64,000 bases of DNA from an uncultured Actinomycetota bacterium. GTDB lineage: Bacteria > Actinomycetota > Actinomycetes > Mycobacteriales > Micromonosporaceae. Made by a program: the position numbers and the translations under genes. The stretch lies in contig CAWDLN010000003.1 in NCBI GenBank assembly GCA_963803115.1, forward strand, positions 372,304 to 436,303, given 5' to 3'. The notes under the pieces are model-generated. The model did not search any database, was not told where the DNA came from, and was given only the letters and a program-made list of their open reading frames with translations. Positions within the stretch are counted from its first letter, which is position 1; each line of letters starts with the position of its first letter. Positions 10,072 through 18,694 of the stretch are shown here, one piece after another.

Positions 10072-11352
10072 TCATTCCACCGACGTCCAATCGGAACGAC
10101 CTCGGCCGTGCCGACGAATGGGGCCGTGCCGACGAATGGGGTGGTGCGCGGGGTCGGTTTCGGGCTGCGGGGATCGTGGCGGCGGAGCGTGCGGCATGGG
10201 CTCTGGCCCGGAATCGTCCAGCAACCGGCCGGCCTCGCCGGTGCGGGCGACGCTGTGCCAGCGCAGGCGGATGCCGGTCAATGCCGTGACGGTCGACTGT
10301 ACGGTCACGAGATACATCAGCTGCCGGTACACGACGAGCTGGAAGGGCAAGCTCCACAGTGGTGTGAGCCGTTCCCGGTCGAGGCGCAGGGCGTACCCGG
10401 CCGCTACCAGTTGTACCGCGGTGTAGCTCAGCCAGACCGCCAGAACCTGCGGTACGGGCAGGAACACCAAGCCGTACACGGCATAGACGTCGACGGCCGG
10501 AGCGCTCAGCGGCAACAGGATCTGGAACAGCACGAGGTACACCAGGCCCCGACGGCCGAGCTTGCCCGCCGCCCCGCGCTCGCGGAGCGACGCGCGGTGC
10601 TTCCAGATCGCCTGCATGGTGCCGTAGCACCACCGGTACCGCTGCCGCCACAGCTGGCGCAGGGTCGACGGCGCTTCGGTCCACGCGATCGCCGTCTCCT
10701 CGTAGACGACCCGCCAGCCGGCGCGCAGGACGGCCATCGTGAGGTCCGTGTCCTCGGCCAGAGTGGTCGCAGGCACGCCGCCGGTCGCGTCGAGGACCTG
10801 GCGGCGGAACGCCCCGATCGCACCCGGCACGGTCGGCATGCACTCGCCGAGGTCGTAGAGACGACGGTCGAGGTTGAATCCCACCACGTACTCGAGGTGT
10901 TGCCAGCGGCCGAGCAGGCCCTTGCGGTTGGCGACCTTCGTGTTGCCGCTGACGGCACCCACATCCGCGTCGGCGAAGGGTTGCACGAGGCGCCCTAGGG
11001 CATCACGCTCGAAGACCGTGTCGCCGTCCACGAGCACGATGAGATCGCCCATCGCCCGGGCAATGCCGGCATTGAGCGCGGCCGGTTTGCCGGCATTGGC
11101 CTGTCGTACAACCCGGACACCCCGCAGGCCCAGCGACCGCACGATATCCGCCGTGCCGTCGGTTGACCCATCATCGACGACGATCACTTCCACCGACGGG
11201 TAGTCGCTCGCGATCAGCGATCGGACCGTGGCGGCGATATTCGCCGCCTCGTTGTATGCGGGCACGACCACCGAGACGGACCCGAGGTATCGCAGGCGGC
11301 TGTGCTCTCGGCTGACGCCGGGCGCGTCGCGCGTGGATCCTCGCGGCCACAA
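10072..11352 (-). CDS. processive family-2 glycosyltransferase (PgaC/IcaA/NodC-like)
   Basis: VVVPAYNEA...VDDGSTDGT...LVDGDT...QRYRWCYG (QxxRW) and C-terminal TM helices; contains an 18-bp tandem duplication (10104-10139) that gives HHPIRRHGPIRRHG. Confidence 0.75.
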   Translation of the reverse strand: MWPRGSTRDAPGVSREHSRLRYLGSVSVVVPAYNEAANIAATVRSLIASDYPSVEVIVVDDGSTDGTADIVRSLGLRGVRVVRQANAGKPAALNAGIARAMGDLIVLVDGDTVFERDALGRLVQPFADADVGAVSGNTKVANRKGLLGRWQHLEYVVGFNLDRRLYDLGECMPTVPGAIGAFRRQVLDATGGVPATTLAEDTDLTMAVLRAGWRVVYEETAIAWTEAPSTLRQLWRQRYRWCYGTMQAIWKHRASLRERGAAGKLGRRGLVYLVLFQILLPLSAPAVDVYAVYGLVFLPVPQVLAVWLSYTAVQLVAAGYALRLDRERLTPLWSLPFQLVVYRQLMYLVTVQSTVTALTGIRLRWHSVARTGEAGRLLDDSGPEPMPHAPPPRSPQPETDPAHHPIRRHGPIRRHGRGRSDWTSVE

Positions 11353-12331
11353 CCTGAATCCCGAGCCGGAGCAGGCCCAGGCCCAACGCGACGAACAGGA
11401 TCAACTCCAGCGCGCTGGACAACCAATTCGCCAGGCGCTGAGCGACGCGAAGGGCATCGCCACGCAGATTGCTGGCGGCGTTGGCGTCCGCGTTGCTCGG
11501 GGGCAGCTGCAGCGCCTCCGAGACCGTTGTGAAGTGGTATCCCTGCTGGCCGAGCTGGGTCAGCAGGGCATCGACGGCAGCAACTGTCTGCGACCGGTCG
11601 CCGCCGCCGTCGTGGAGCATGATTACCGCGCCCTCGCCCGGCGCCGGCGCGGCCGCGGCGACGATGGCGGGCACGCCTGGATTGGCCCAGTCTTTGGTGT
11701 CGCGGTCGGCCAGGACGGTGAGATACCGGCCAGCGGCGACGCTCTTCAATGCGTCGAACTCCTCGGCGCTCATCGCGTCGGGTTCGGACGAGAAGGGCGG
11801 CCGCAGGAGCACACTGTTGACCCCGGCGGCCCCGGCGATCGCGTTCTGGCTGAGGGTCAGCTCGAGATTACGACGCCACTGCGGGATCGTGATGAGCTCG
11901 GCGTGGGTGAACGTGTGCGCCCCGACCTCGTGGCCCTCGGCGACCATGCGACGAACCAGATCCGGGTGATCGTTGACTTCCGAGCCGATGACAAAGAAGG
12001 TGGCGTGCGCGCCGTGTCGAGCAAGCACATCGAGGATCTTCGGTGTCCAGTTCGGGTCCGGTCCGTCGTCAAACGTCAGGGCGATCGAATCGGCGGGCAG
12101 GCGGCGGCTGGACACCTCGCCGTTGCTGTCAATGCGAAGCACGGGTCCACCCGCGAGCACGTTGTCCGGCGCCGCCGCGCGTCCTTCCGCGGGTATCCGC
12201 GGTCCGTCCCCCTCATGACCGACGTGGTGCACATAGCCGGAAAGGCACAACTCGCCGAGCAGAAGTACCAGCCCAAGAACGAGCAGCACCCAGTGCGCGC
12301 GTGGCTCGCGCCGGTTGGTGTGGATGGCCAT
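11171..12331 (-). CDS. polysaccharide deacetylase (NodB/CE4 domain) with N-terminal TM anchor
   Basis: HWVLLVLGLVLLLGELCLSGYV (TM) ... ALTFDDGPDPNWTPKILDVLARHGAHATFFVIG ... a C-terminal TM, then an Arg-rich tail overlapping the GT2 start by 182 nt in another frame. Confidence 0.75.
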   Translation of the reverse strand: MAIHTNRREPRAHWVLLVLGLVLLLGELCLSGYVHHVGHEGDGPRIPAEGRAAAPDNVLAGGPVLRIDSNGEVSSRRLPADSIALTFDDGPDPNWTPKILDVLARHGAHATFFVIGSEVNDHPDLVRRMVAEGHEVGAHTFTHAELITIPQWRRNLELTLSQNAIAGAAGVNSVLLRPPFSSEPDAMSAEEFDALKSVAAGRYLTVLADRDTKDWANPGVPAIVAAAAPAPGEGAVIMLHDGGGDRSQTVAAVDALLTQLGQQGYHFTTVSEALQLPPSNADANAASNLRGDALRVAQRLANWLSSALELILFVALGLGLLRLGIQVVAARIHARRARRQPRAQPPAIPRVRLGGRARIQRGGEYRRHGPIADRERLPVGGSDRRR

Positions 12332-12336
12332 CGAAG

Positions 12337-12801
12337 CTAGGTTTTCGTCGGCTTGGGGGGATGCGAAGGCGTTTGAGTGGGAACGTGTCGGCGAGATGTC
12401 AGATCAACCGATGCGGTGGTACCCGGCGTCGGATCTTGCGTGCTACCGGCACCAGGGACAGCACCGCCGGCCGCGCCGGTCGGCTCACGGGGGTTGGGGG
12501 TCTGGGCACCGGCGTTGTTTGGCGGTTGCCCGAAGTCGGGGAATCCGGGCACCCGCAGCGGCGCCGTGCCGGAGAACCCGGCGACAAGCGTGATCAACGC
12601 AAGGAGGATCAGCACCGCCGCGGCGGAACCTGAAACGATCACGAGACGGCGCCTCCGGCCGGACCGGTCGAGAAAAACGGGCCGAGCGGCCCTGCGGGCG
12701 CTTCTCGGCGCGGCGTCCCGTGGGGTACGGATCGTCGCATCACGCTGAGTGCTCGACTCAGCCGCGACTGGTGATCGGGGAGTGGTCGGGGATCTGTTCA
12801 T
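12337..12801 (-). CDS. hypothetical single-pass membrane protein with Pro/Thr-rich C-terminal tail
   Basis: MNRSPTTPRS...RRRLVIVSGSAAAVLILLALITLVAGF...PTPGTTASVDLTSRR...PKPTKT; GAGGTGA RBS; stop lies 5 nt before the deacetylase start (operon). Confidence 0.4.
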   Translation of the reverse strand: MNRSPTTPRSPVAAESSTQRDATIRTPRDAAPRSARRAARPVFLDRSGRRRRLVIVSGSAAAVLILLALITLVAGFSGTAPLRVPGFPDFGQPPNNAGAQTPNPREPTGAAGGAVPGAGSTQDPTPGTTASVDLTSRRHVPTQTPSHPPKPTKT

Positions 12802-12989
12802 GTCACCTCGCTCAGCGATCCCTCTCCCGTAGGTGTCACACGCCTCGGATTGGGCGCGATCCATCATGCACGAATCCGTAGCGACAACCTACTGCCTGCC
12901 GGTCGCCATATGACGCAGCCGCTCCCGGGGTCAAACCATCGACGAAGATCAACGGTACGGGCTGGTGCAGCCGATCCGGCCATCATCAG

Positions 12990-13140
12990 GCACAATGGTC
13001 GACACCAGGAGGGGAGTATTCCCTAGCCGTGGGGTCGTCAGCACGGTCAAGCCCGCGGTGCTCAGCCAGAGCGCCATCCGGAGGAGGCCCGGCGCCGCGG
13101 GTCGTCGGGTTGGGGCCCGGGGGCGGGAGAGACCTCCGCT
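12990..13140 (+). ncRNA. candidate yybP-ykoY-like (Mn2+) riboswitch in the 355-bp leader of the TerC gene
   Basis: AGGAGGGGAGUAUUCC at 13005-13020 matches the conserved GGGGAGUA element of yybP-ykoY leaders, which typically precede TerC-family genes. The rest of the fold was not verified. Confidence 0.25.
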
Positions 13141-13223
13141 GAACACCAAGTGCATCCGTGCGTGTGCTGGCGCTTCCAGCCGGCCTGCGGGACGGGCGCA
13201 CGTGTCCGCGGAGGGGTAGGCGC

Positions 13224-14240
13224 ATGGGCGTCGAGACCTGGGTCTGGGTCGTCACACTGGTTGCTACGGTCGGCTTGCTTTTCGCCGACCTGTTCGTGAT
13301 CGGTCGGCGGCCGCACGAGCCGTCGTTGCGAGAGTCAACCCTCTGGGTGACCTTCTACGTCGCCCTCGCGCTGCTCTTCGGCGTCGGCCTGTGGTTCGTC
13401 GCAGGGCCCACGTACGCGGGACAGTTCTACGCGGGCTGGCTTACCGAGTACAGCCTGTCCGTGGACAATCTCTTCGTCTTTGTGATCATCATGTCGCGGT
13501 TCGCGGTACCGCGGCAGTTCCAGCAGAAGACATTGCTGATCGGCATCGTGCTCGCCCTCATCATGCGCGGCATCTTCATCGCGGCCGGCGCGGCTTTGAT
13601 CAGCCAGTTCATCTGGGTCTTCTACATCTTCGGCCTGTTCCTGCTTCTTACCGCCATCCGCCTGGTGACCCATCGGGGGACCGAAGATCCGAGCGAGTTC
13701 AAGGAGAACCTGCTCATCCGGGTGTCCCGCCGGGTGCTGCGGACGTCGAAGGAGTACGACTCCAAGGCCCACTTCTTCACCCACTTCCCTGACGGCCGGC
13801 GGATGCTGAGCCCCCTGATCATTGTGATCATCGCGATCGGTACCACCGACCTGATCTTCGCCCTCGACTCGATCCCGGCGATCTTTGGTTTGACCAAGGA
13901 GCCGTACATCGTCTTCACCGCGAACGTGTTCGCGCTGATGGGGCTGCGGCAGCTCTACTTCCTGCTCGGGGGTCTGCTCGACCGGCTGAAGTTCCTGTCG
14001 TACGGGCTTGCGATCGTCCTCGCCTTCATCGGCGTCAAGTTGGTGATGGAGGCCCTGCACGCGAACAACGTGCCGTTCATCAATGATGGTGAGCCGCTCA
14101 CCGCGGTGCCGGAGATCTCGACCGCGACGTCGCTGGTCGTGATCGCCGCGACGCTCGTCATCACGACCGTGGCGAGCCTGGTCAGCTCCCGGCGCGACCG
14201 GCAACGCGCCGAGGCGAGCACACCAGCCGTCGAGCCGTGA
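13224..14240 (+). CDS. TerC family integral membrane protein
   Basis: MGVETWVWVVTLVATVGLLFADLFVIGRRPHEP...EYSLSVDNLFVF...TDLIFALDSIPAIFG; GGGGTAGG RBS. Confidence 0.85.
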   Translation: MGVETWVWVVTLVATVGLLFADLFVIGRRPHEPSLRESTLWVTFYVALALLFGVGLWFVAGPTYAGQFYAGWLTEYSLSVDNLFVFVIIMSRFAVPRQFQQKTLLIGIVLALIMRGIFIAAGAALISQFIWVFYIFGLFLLLTAIRLVTHRGTEDPSEFKENLLIRVSRRVLRTSKEYDSKAHFFTHFPDGRRMLSPLIIVIIAIGTTDLIFALDSIPAIFGLTKEPYIVFTANVFALMGLRQLYFLLGGLLDRLKFLSYGLAIVLAFIGVKLVMEALHANNVPFINDGEPLTAVPEISTATSLVVIAATLVITTVASLVSSRRDRQRAEASTPAVEP

Positions 14241-14268
14241 CGGAGGACCGCGCTGGCATGCTGGACGG

Positions 14269-14694
14269 GTGCTGGATGAGCTTCGTGTGGGCGGCCGGCT
14301 GTCGATTCCGGCGTCGGAGCTGAGCTGGCGGTTCTCTCACTCCGGCGGGCCGGGCGGTCAGGGGGTCAACACCAGCGACAGCCGCGTCGAGCTCTCCTGG
14401 GACGTGGGGGCGACGACCGCACTGTCCCCGGTGCTGAAGGAGCGCGCCCTCACGCGGCTCGCGCCACGCTTGACGGGTACGACGCTCACGGTGGTCGCCT
14501 CTGAGTTCCGAACGCAGCTGCTCAACCGGAAGGCGGCCGCCGCCCGGCTCGCGGCGATCGTGTCGGCCGCGATCGCCCCGCCTCCACGGGGCCGGCGGCC
14601 CACCCGGCCGACGGCCAGGTCGGTGGGGCGCCGTCTGGCGGCCAAGAAACGCCGGGGCGAGCTCAAGCGCCGTCGTCGTGGCGAGCTGGATTAG
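14269..14694 (+). CDS. arfB: alternative ribosome-rescue factor / peptidyl-tRNA hydrolase ArfB (GGQ-family)
   Basis: RFSHSGGPGGQGVNTSDSRVEL (GGQ motif) with a basic C-terminal tail; GTG start. Confidence 0.75.
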   Translation: MLDELRVGGRLSIPASELSWRFSHSGGPGGQGVNTSDSRVELSWDVGATTALSPVLKERALTRLAPRLTGTTLTVVASEFRTQLLNRKAAAARLAAIVSAAIAPPPRGRRPTRPTARSVGRRLAAKKRRGELKRRRRGELD

Positions 14695-14734
14695 ACCGCC
14701 GCCGGATGCGTCCCTTGTGGACGATTAGTACGGA

Positions 14735-15811
14735 CTACAGCCGGACTCGCCCGACCCCGACGAGCGTGGCGGCCCGTACGGCGGGCATGTCCTGGAGCAC
14801 CACCTTGCCCTGGATGTCGCAGGCATGCAGGATCGGGCGGACCGAGGCCTCGTCCGACGCCGGCGCGACAAAGCCAACGTGATGGATGGGGCCGCCCGGC
14901 TGGCCGAAGAAGTACAGGTCGCCGGGGCGCTCCTCGCCGGGCTGGATCGGCGTCACCACGGTCGCCTGGTCGTGCGCATCGCGCGGGAGCGTGACCCCGA
15001 ACCGGCGCCACACCAGGTGCACCAGGCCGGAACTGTCGACGCCGTAGGCCGATCCGCCACCCCAGACGTGGGGGACATCGCGCAGGCGGTCCGCCCAGGG
15101 TACGACCTCGGCGTGGTCGAGCGGCGGCGCCGGGGGCACCGCCACGACGTCGTCCTCGATGGCCCACGCCGGCTCGAACCGACCCGGCACGGCCACGGGC
15201 AGCCAGCCGTCGAACGGTGCCCCGAGCGCCATGAGGCGGGTGCCGAAGGTGACCCCGGGCACAGCCAGCGCGGCATCCGGGTCGTCGCGCAACGCGGTCG
15301 CGGTGGCCGTGACGACGTGCCAGACGCCGGAGCGATCCTCGACCTCATCACCTCGGTCCCGGTGCCGGGCCGCTACCCGTACGCCGGCCGCGTGGAACCC
15401 GTCGACGGGAGAGATCTGGTCCGCCGGCACCCAGCCGGGGTATCCCTGGGCGTCCAGGGAACTCGGCTGGGCCAGGGCCACAACCTGCGCCCAGTCTCCG
15501 CTGAGCTGACGGACCACGACTCGCTCCCCGAGCAACAGCTGCGCGAGCGCGCGGCCCCGCAGGTCGGCCCGGTCGTCGACGCTCATCGCCTCGACCCATT
15601 CGCGCGGCCGGGCGGGTACCCACACCGCCGGTTCGTCCACGGCCCGGACCCGATCGGGCGCCGCCCACAGCGTCGCGACCCCGACGCTGACGACGGCCTC
15701 CGCACCGGGCGACAGCTGTGAATCGAGGCTGGCGAGCAGGGACCCCAGGCTCACGTGCGCCCGTCCTCTCCGTTGGCAAAGCTGCGTGTGCATGTGCAGC
15801 GTACGCGGCAC
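14735..15811 (-). CDS. NlpC/P60 (C40) family protein with N-terminal SH3b-like domains; catalytic Cys position encodes Ser
   Basis: C-terminal WGGGSAYGVDSSGLVHLVWRRFGVTLPRDAHDQ...GDLYFFG...HHVGFV. The canonical GxDCSG has AGT (Ser) at the Cys position (plus-strand act, 15042-15044). Confidence 0.7.
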   Translation of the reverse strand: MPRTLHMHTQLCQRRGRAHVSLGSLLASLDSQLSPGAEAVVSVGVATLWAAPDRVRAVDEPAVWVPARPREWVEAMSVDDRADLRGRALAQLLLGERVVVRQLSGDWAQVVALAQPSSLDAQGYPGWVPADQISPVDGFHAAGVRVAARHRDRGDEVEDRSGVWHVVTATATALRDDPDAALAVPGVTFGTRLMALGAPFDGWLPVAVPGRFEPAWAIEDDVVAVPPAPPLDHAEVVPWADRLRDVPHVWGGGSAYGVDSSGLVHLVWRRFGVTLPRDAHDQATVVTPIQPGEERPGDLYFFGQPGGPIHHVGFVAPASDEASVRPILHACDIQGKVVLQDMPAVRAATLVGVGRVRL

Positions 15812-15918
15812 CCTGCTTGCACGCAGTGCAGCGCGCGTCGCGGCCTCTTGGCCACATTCATCGATAGGAACAGCGGTGTCCGCTCCCCGGTGCGTTACGG
15901 TCGGGCCAGTTCACGACC

Positions 15919-16740
15919 TTGAGGGAGGCGGACGTGTCGCTTGGCCTGGAGAGGGCAACCAACGCGCGCGACCTCGGTGGCTATCGCACCCAGGATGGCC
16001 GAATCGTACGGTCTGGCCTGGTTTTTCGGTCCAATGCGCTTAACCACCTCTCGGACGCCGACGTCGTCGCGGTCGGCAATCTCGGCCTGGCTTGCGTGAT
16101 CGATTTCCGCCACCAGCGGGAGATCGACCTGATCGGCGCCGACCGTCTGCCCTCGCCCGCGCCCAAAGTCGTCTCGCTGCCGCTGTTCGATCCCGACCAC
16201 GACGTGTTCACGGCGGTCAGCGCGGTGCTGCGGGGTCAGGCCGGTGCCGACGCGATCGAGCACCTGCGCGCCGACGCCGCCTCGGGGGGCGCCGCGGTGA
16301 TGATGATCGATCTGTACCGGCGTTTCGTCAACGCGCCGGAGTCGCGGGCCATCTTCGCCGCCGCCATGCAACTCCTGACCACGCCGGAGGCGCTGCCGCT
16401 GCTGTTCCACTGCACGGCTGGCAAGGACCGAACGGGATGGCTGGCCGCGACATTGCTCTCCGCGTTGGGCGCCGACCGAGACACGATCATGGCCGATTAC
16501 CTGCGCACTTCGGAGCTCAACGCCGGCGGGCGCGACCGGACCCTGACCGCGATGGCGACCCGGGTGGCCCAACCCGAGATCATTCTTCCGCTGCTCGAAG
16601 TGAGAACCGAGTACCTCGAGGCGGCCCTGCTCGAGGCGGACTCCCGCTACGGCGGCATGGACGGCTACGTCACCAATGGCCTCGGTCTGACCGAGGCGCA
16701 GCTAGACCGCCTGCGCACCCGACTCCTCACCGACGAGTGA
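15919..16740 (+). CDS. protein-tyrosine/phosphoinositide phosphatase (PtpB-like, Y_phosphatase3)
   Basis: LLFHCTAGKDRTGWLAATLL (CX5R P-loop, like mycobacterial PtpB CFAGKDRTG). Confidence 0.75.
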   Translation: MREADVSLGLERATNARDLGGYRTQDGRIVRSGLVFRSNALNHLSDADVVAVGNLGLACVIDFRHQREIDLIGADRLPSPAPKVVSLPLFDPDHDVFTAVSAVLRGQAGADAIEHLRADAASGGAAVMMIDLYRRFVNAPESRAIFAAAMQLLTTPEALPLLFHCTAGKDRTGWLAATLLSALGADRDTIMADYLRTSELNAGGRDRTLTAMATRVAQPEIILPLLEVRTEYLEAALLEADSRYGGMDGYVTNGLGLTEAQLDRLRTRLLTDE

Positions 16741-17196
16741 GGACCTCCGGGTCCAACCATTGACGATGAGCACCTGGCCGACGACGTAGGAAACCGCGAC
16801 GAGCACCGCTGATGCCGGCAGGTCAGCGGCACCGCTCAGTCGTACCGCGAGCAGAACATCGAAGAGCAACAACGCGACCACGCCGAGCCCGACCCACCTC
16901 GCCCGCGCGAACGCGACCGTGTAGCACGCGTGGCAGACGACGAGGAACGCGATGCCGAGCATCGGCACGGACGGGAATGTGAGGTCGAACACGGTGGCCG
17001 AACCGAGTCCCACGAGCAGCCAGACGTCGGGCCGGCGGCGCGCCTCGGACGCCGCGAAGATCACGACGCCGGCGAGCAACGGCATGAGCAACGGAGCGGT
17101 GGCCCAGGCCAGGCTGGCCGGTCCGCGCGCGGTGGCCATCGCGTAGGCGGTGGCGATGAAGGCGTACAGGATCACGATCACGCGCGATGTCGGCAT
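16702..17196 (-). CDS. hypothetical integral membrane protein
   Basis: Four or five hydrophobic helices (VIVILYAFIATAYAMA..., LLMPLLAGVVIFAA..., AFLVVCHACYTVAF...); 3' end overlaps ptpB-like convergently by 39 nt. Confidence 0.45.
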   Translation of the reverse strand: MPTSRVIVILYAFIATAYAMATARGPASLAWATAPLLMPLLAGVVIFAASEARRRPDVWLLVGLGSATVFDLTFPSVPMLGIAFLVVCHACYTVAFARARWVGLGVVALLLFDVLLAVRLSGAADLPASAVLVAVSYVVGQVLIVNGWTRRSSLVGEESGAQAV

Positions 17197-17232
17197 CGGT
17201 GCTACCTCGGGGGGGTGGGGGAGCGTCCGAGG

Positions 17233-18039
17233 TTACCCGGTGAGGTCGCGACGGTCCTGCCAGGCCGCCTCGGCAACGGTACGGATGAGCTGGCACGCGT
17301 CGTCGGCGGGATCGTTGACCGCCAACGGAGTCGTGGCGCACACCGCGAGCACGAAGGGCGGCGCGTCTTCGGGAAACACGACTCCCGCGGCATGCCGGAC
17401 CCCGATGACCCAGCCGTTCTTGTGCGCCACCCGGGTGCCGGGCGGCAGGCCCGACGCAAGATCCTCGGTGCGCTGCTGGGCGAACAGGGTCGACAGCATC
17501 CCGTCGGGCGGGCCCAGGCGCCCAGTGGCGATCCCGTCGAAGAGCCGAGCGATATCGGCGACGCTCACTGTGTTCGTCAGACCCGCATCCTCGGCCGCGG
17601 TGTCGCCGATGCCGCGCTCGAGGCGGCTCGTCACCGCGCCCACCTCGCGCCAGATCTCGGCCGCCGCCGGCAGCCCGACTGCGCTCAAAACCAGGTTCGT
17701 GGCCAGGTTCGACGACCGGGTGATCATCCGTTCGGAGAGCCAGCCCAGCCGTGCCCAGCCGCCGATCCGATCCCACACGGCGTCGTCCTGATCATGCCGT
17801 TGCGACAACGCGTACCGCGGCGCGCCGGGGTCCTCGGAGGCGAAGTCGTTGATCACCCGTACCCGATCGTCGAGACCGCCCCGCCGGTGCAGCGCAACCA
17901 GTACCGGAACCTTCATCAGGCTCGCCGCGAAATGCGGCTCGTGCTCCAGCCGGGCGAAGGCCGCCGGCCCGCCCAGCGGGCCACACCACACGGACACCGT
18001 GCCGGGTCCGTCCCAGGTGAGACGGCGCAGGTGCCTCAT
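17233..18039 (-). CDS. class A beta-lactamase-related serine hydrolase
   Basis: ASLMKV (SxxK), RSSNLATN (SxN), HKNGW (KTG-like); start taken at MRHLRRL. Confidence 0.65.
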   Translation of the reverse strand: MRHLRRLTWDGPGTVSVWCGPLGGPAAFARLEHEPHFAASLMKVPVLVALHRRGGLDDRVRVINDFASEDPGAPRYALSQRHDQDDAVWDRIGGWARLGWLSERMITRSSNLATNLVLSAVGLPAAAEIWREVGAVTSRLERGIGDTAAEDAGLTNTVSVADIARLFDGIATGRLGPPDGMLSTLFAQQRTEDLASGLPPGTRVAHKNGWVIGVRHAAGVVFPEDAPPFVLAVCATTPLAVNDPADDACQLIRTVAEAAWQDRRDLTG

Positions 18040-18067
18040 GGGCGCTGACGCTACGCTGGCTGCCATG

Positions 18068-18607
18068 ACGGGCATCGTGGTCGCCGTGCATCGCAGCCCC
18101 GCCCACACGATGGCCAAGGCGAGCCAACCGATGATCCGGTTGCTCGCCGGCCTGGGCGTCGAGGGCGACGCGCACGCCGGTACGACGGTCAAGCACCGGT
18201 CCCGTGTGGCTCGCGATCCGTCGCGGCCGAACCTGCACCAGGTACACCTGGTCCACGCCGAGCTGCACGATGAACTGGCTTCCCGCGCAATGCCGGTCGC
18301 CCCTGGTCAGATGGGGGAGAACGTGACCACCCGCGGTCTCAACCTGCTCTCACTTCCGGTCTCCACTAACCTCCACATAGGACCGTCGGCCGTGGTCGAG
18401 ATTACCGGACTGCGCAACCCGTGCCTGCAGCTCGAAGGCATCCACAGTGGATTGATGTCGGCCGTTCTGGATCGCGACGCGGACCGGAAACTGGTGCGCA
18501 AGGCGGGCGTGATGGGGATCGTCCTGGCTGGCGGTGACGTGAGCACCGGCGACTCGATCACCGTCGTCCTCCCGGACGGTCCGCACCGGCCGCTGGCGCC
18601 GGTCTAG
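18068..18607 (+). CDS. MOSC domain-containing protein (YiiM-like)
   Basis: MTGIVVAVHRSP...VHLVHAELHDEL...GENVTTRGLNLLSLPVSTNLHIGPSAVVEITGLRNPC. Confidence 0.7.
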   Translation, partial: TGIVVAVHRSPAHTMAKASQPMIRLLAGLGVEGDAHAGTTVKHRSRVARDPSRPNLHQVHLVHAELHDELASRAMPVAPGQMGENVTTRGLNLLSLPVSTNLHIGPSAVVEITGLRNPCLQLEGIHSGLMSAVLDRDADRKLVRKAGVMGIVLAGGDVSTGDSITVVLPDGPHRPLAPV

Positions 18608-18666
18608 GTGTTAAGGAGGGCCCCCTTGCTAACCGTTTCTGTAAAGGAAGGGTCCTCTCCTAACAC
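18608..18666. promoter_or_regulatory. low-GC imperfect hairpin (GTGTTAAGGAGGGCCC ... GGGTCCTCTCCTAACAC, 26-nt loop) between the MOSC gene and the next gene
   Basis: Read directly; a local AT-rich island in a 70% GC background. Function unknown (terminator or small structured RNA). Confidence 0.3.
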
Positions 18667-18694
18667 CACGGCCGGCCTGGCAGACTGACTCGAC

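Noticed and set aside
11228-12340. 370-aa plus-strand ORF over the deacetylase locus.
   Set aside because: Antisense to a motif-supported NodB deacetylase; composition is Arg/Gly-rich junk.
16930-18048. 372-aa plus-strand ORF spanning the membrane-protein and beta-lactamase-like genes.
   Set aside because: Antisense to two minus-strand genes with clear motifs (SxxK/SxN/KNG); composition is Arg/Gly/His-rich low complexity.
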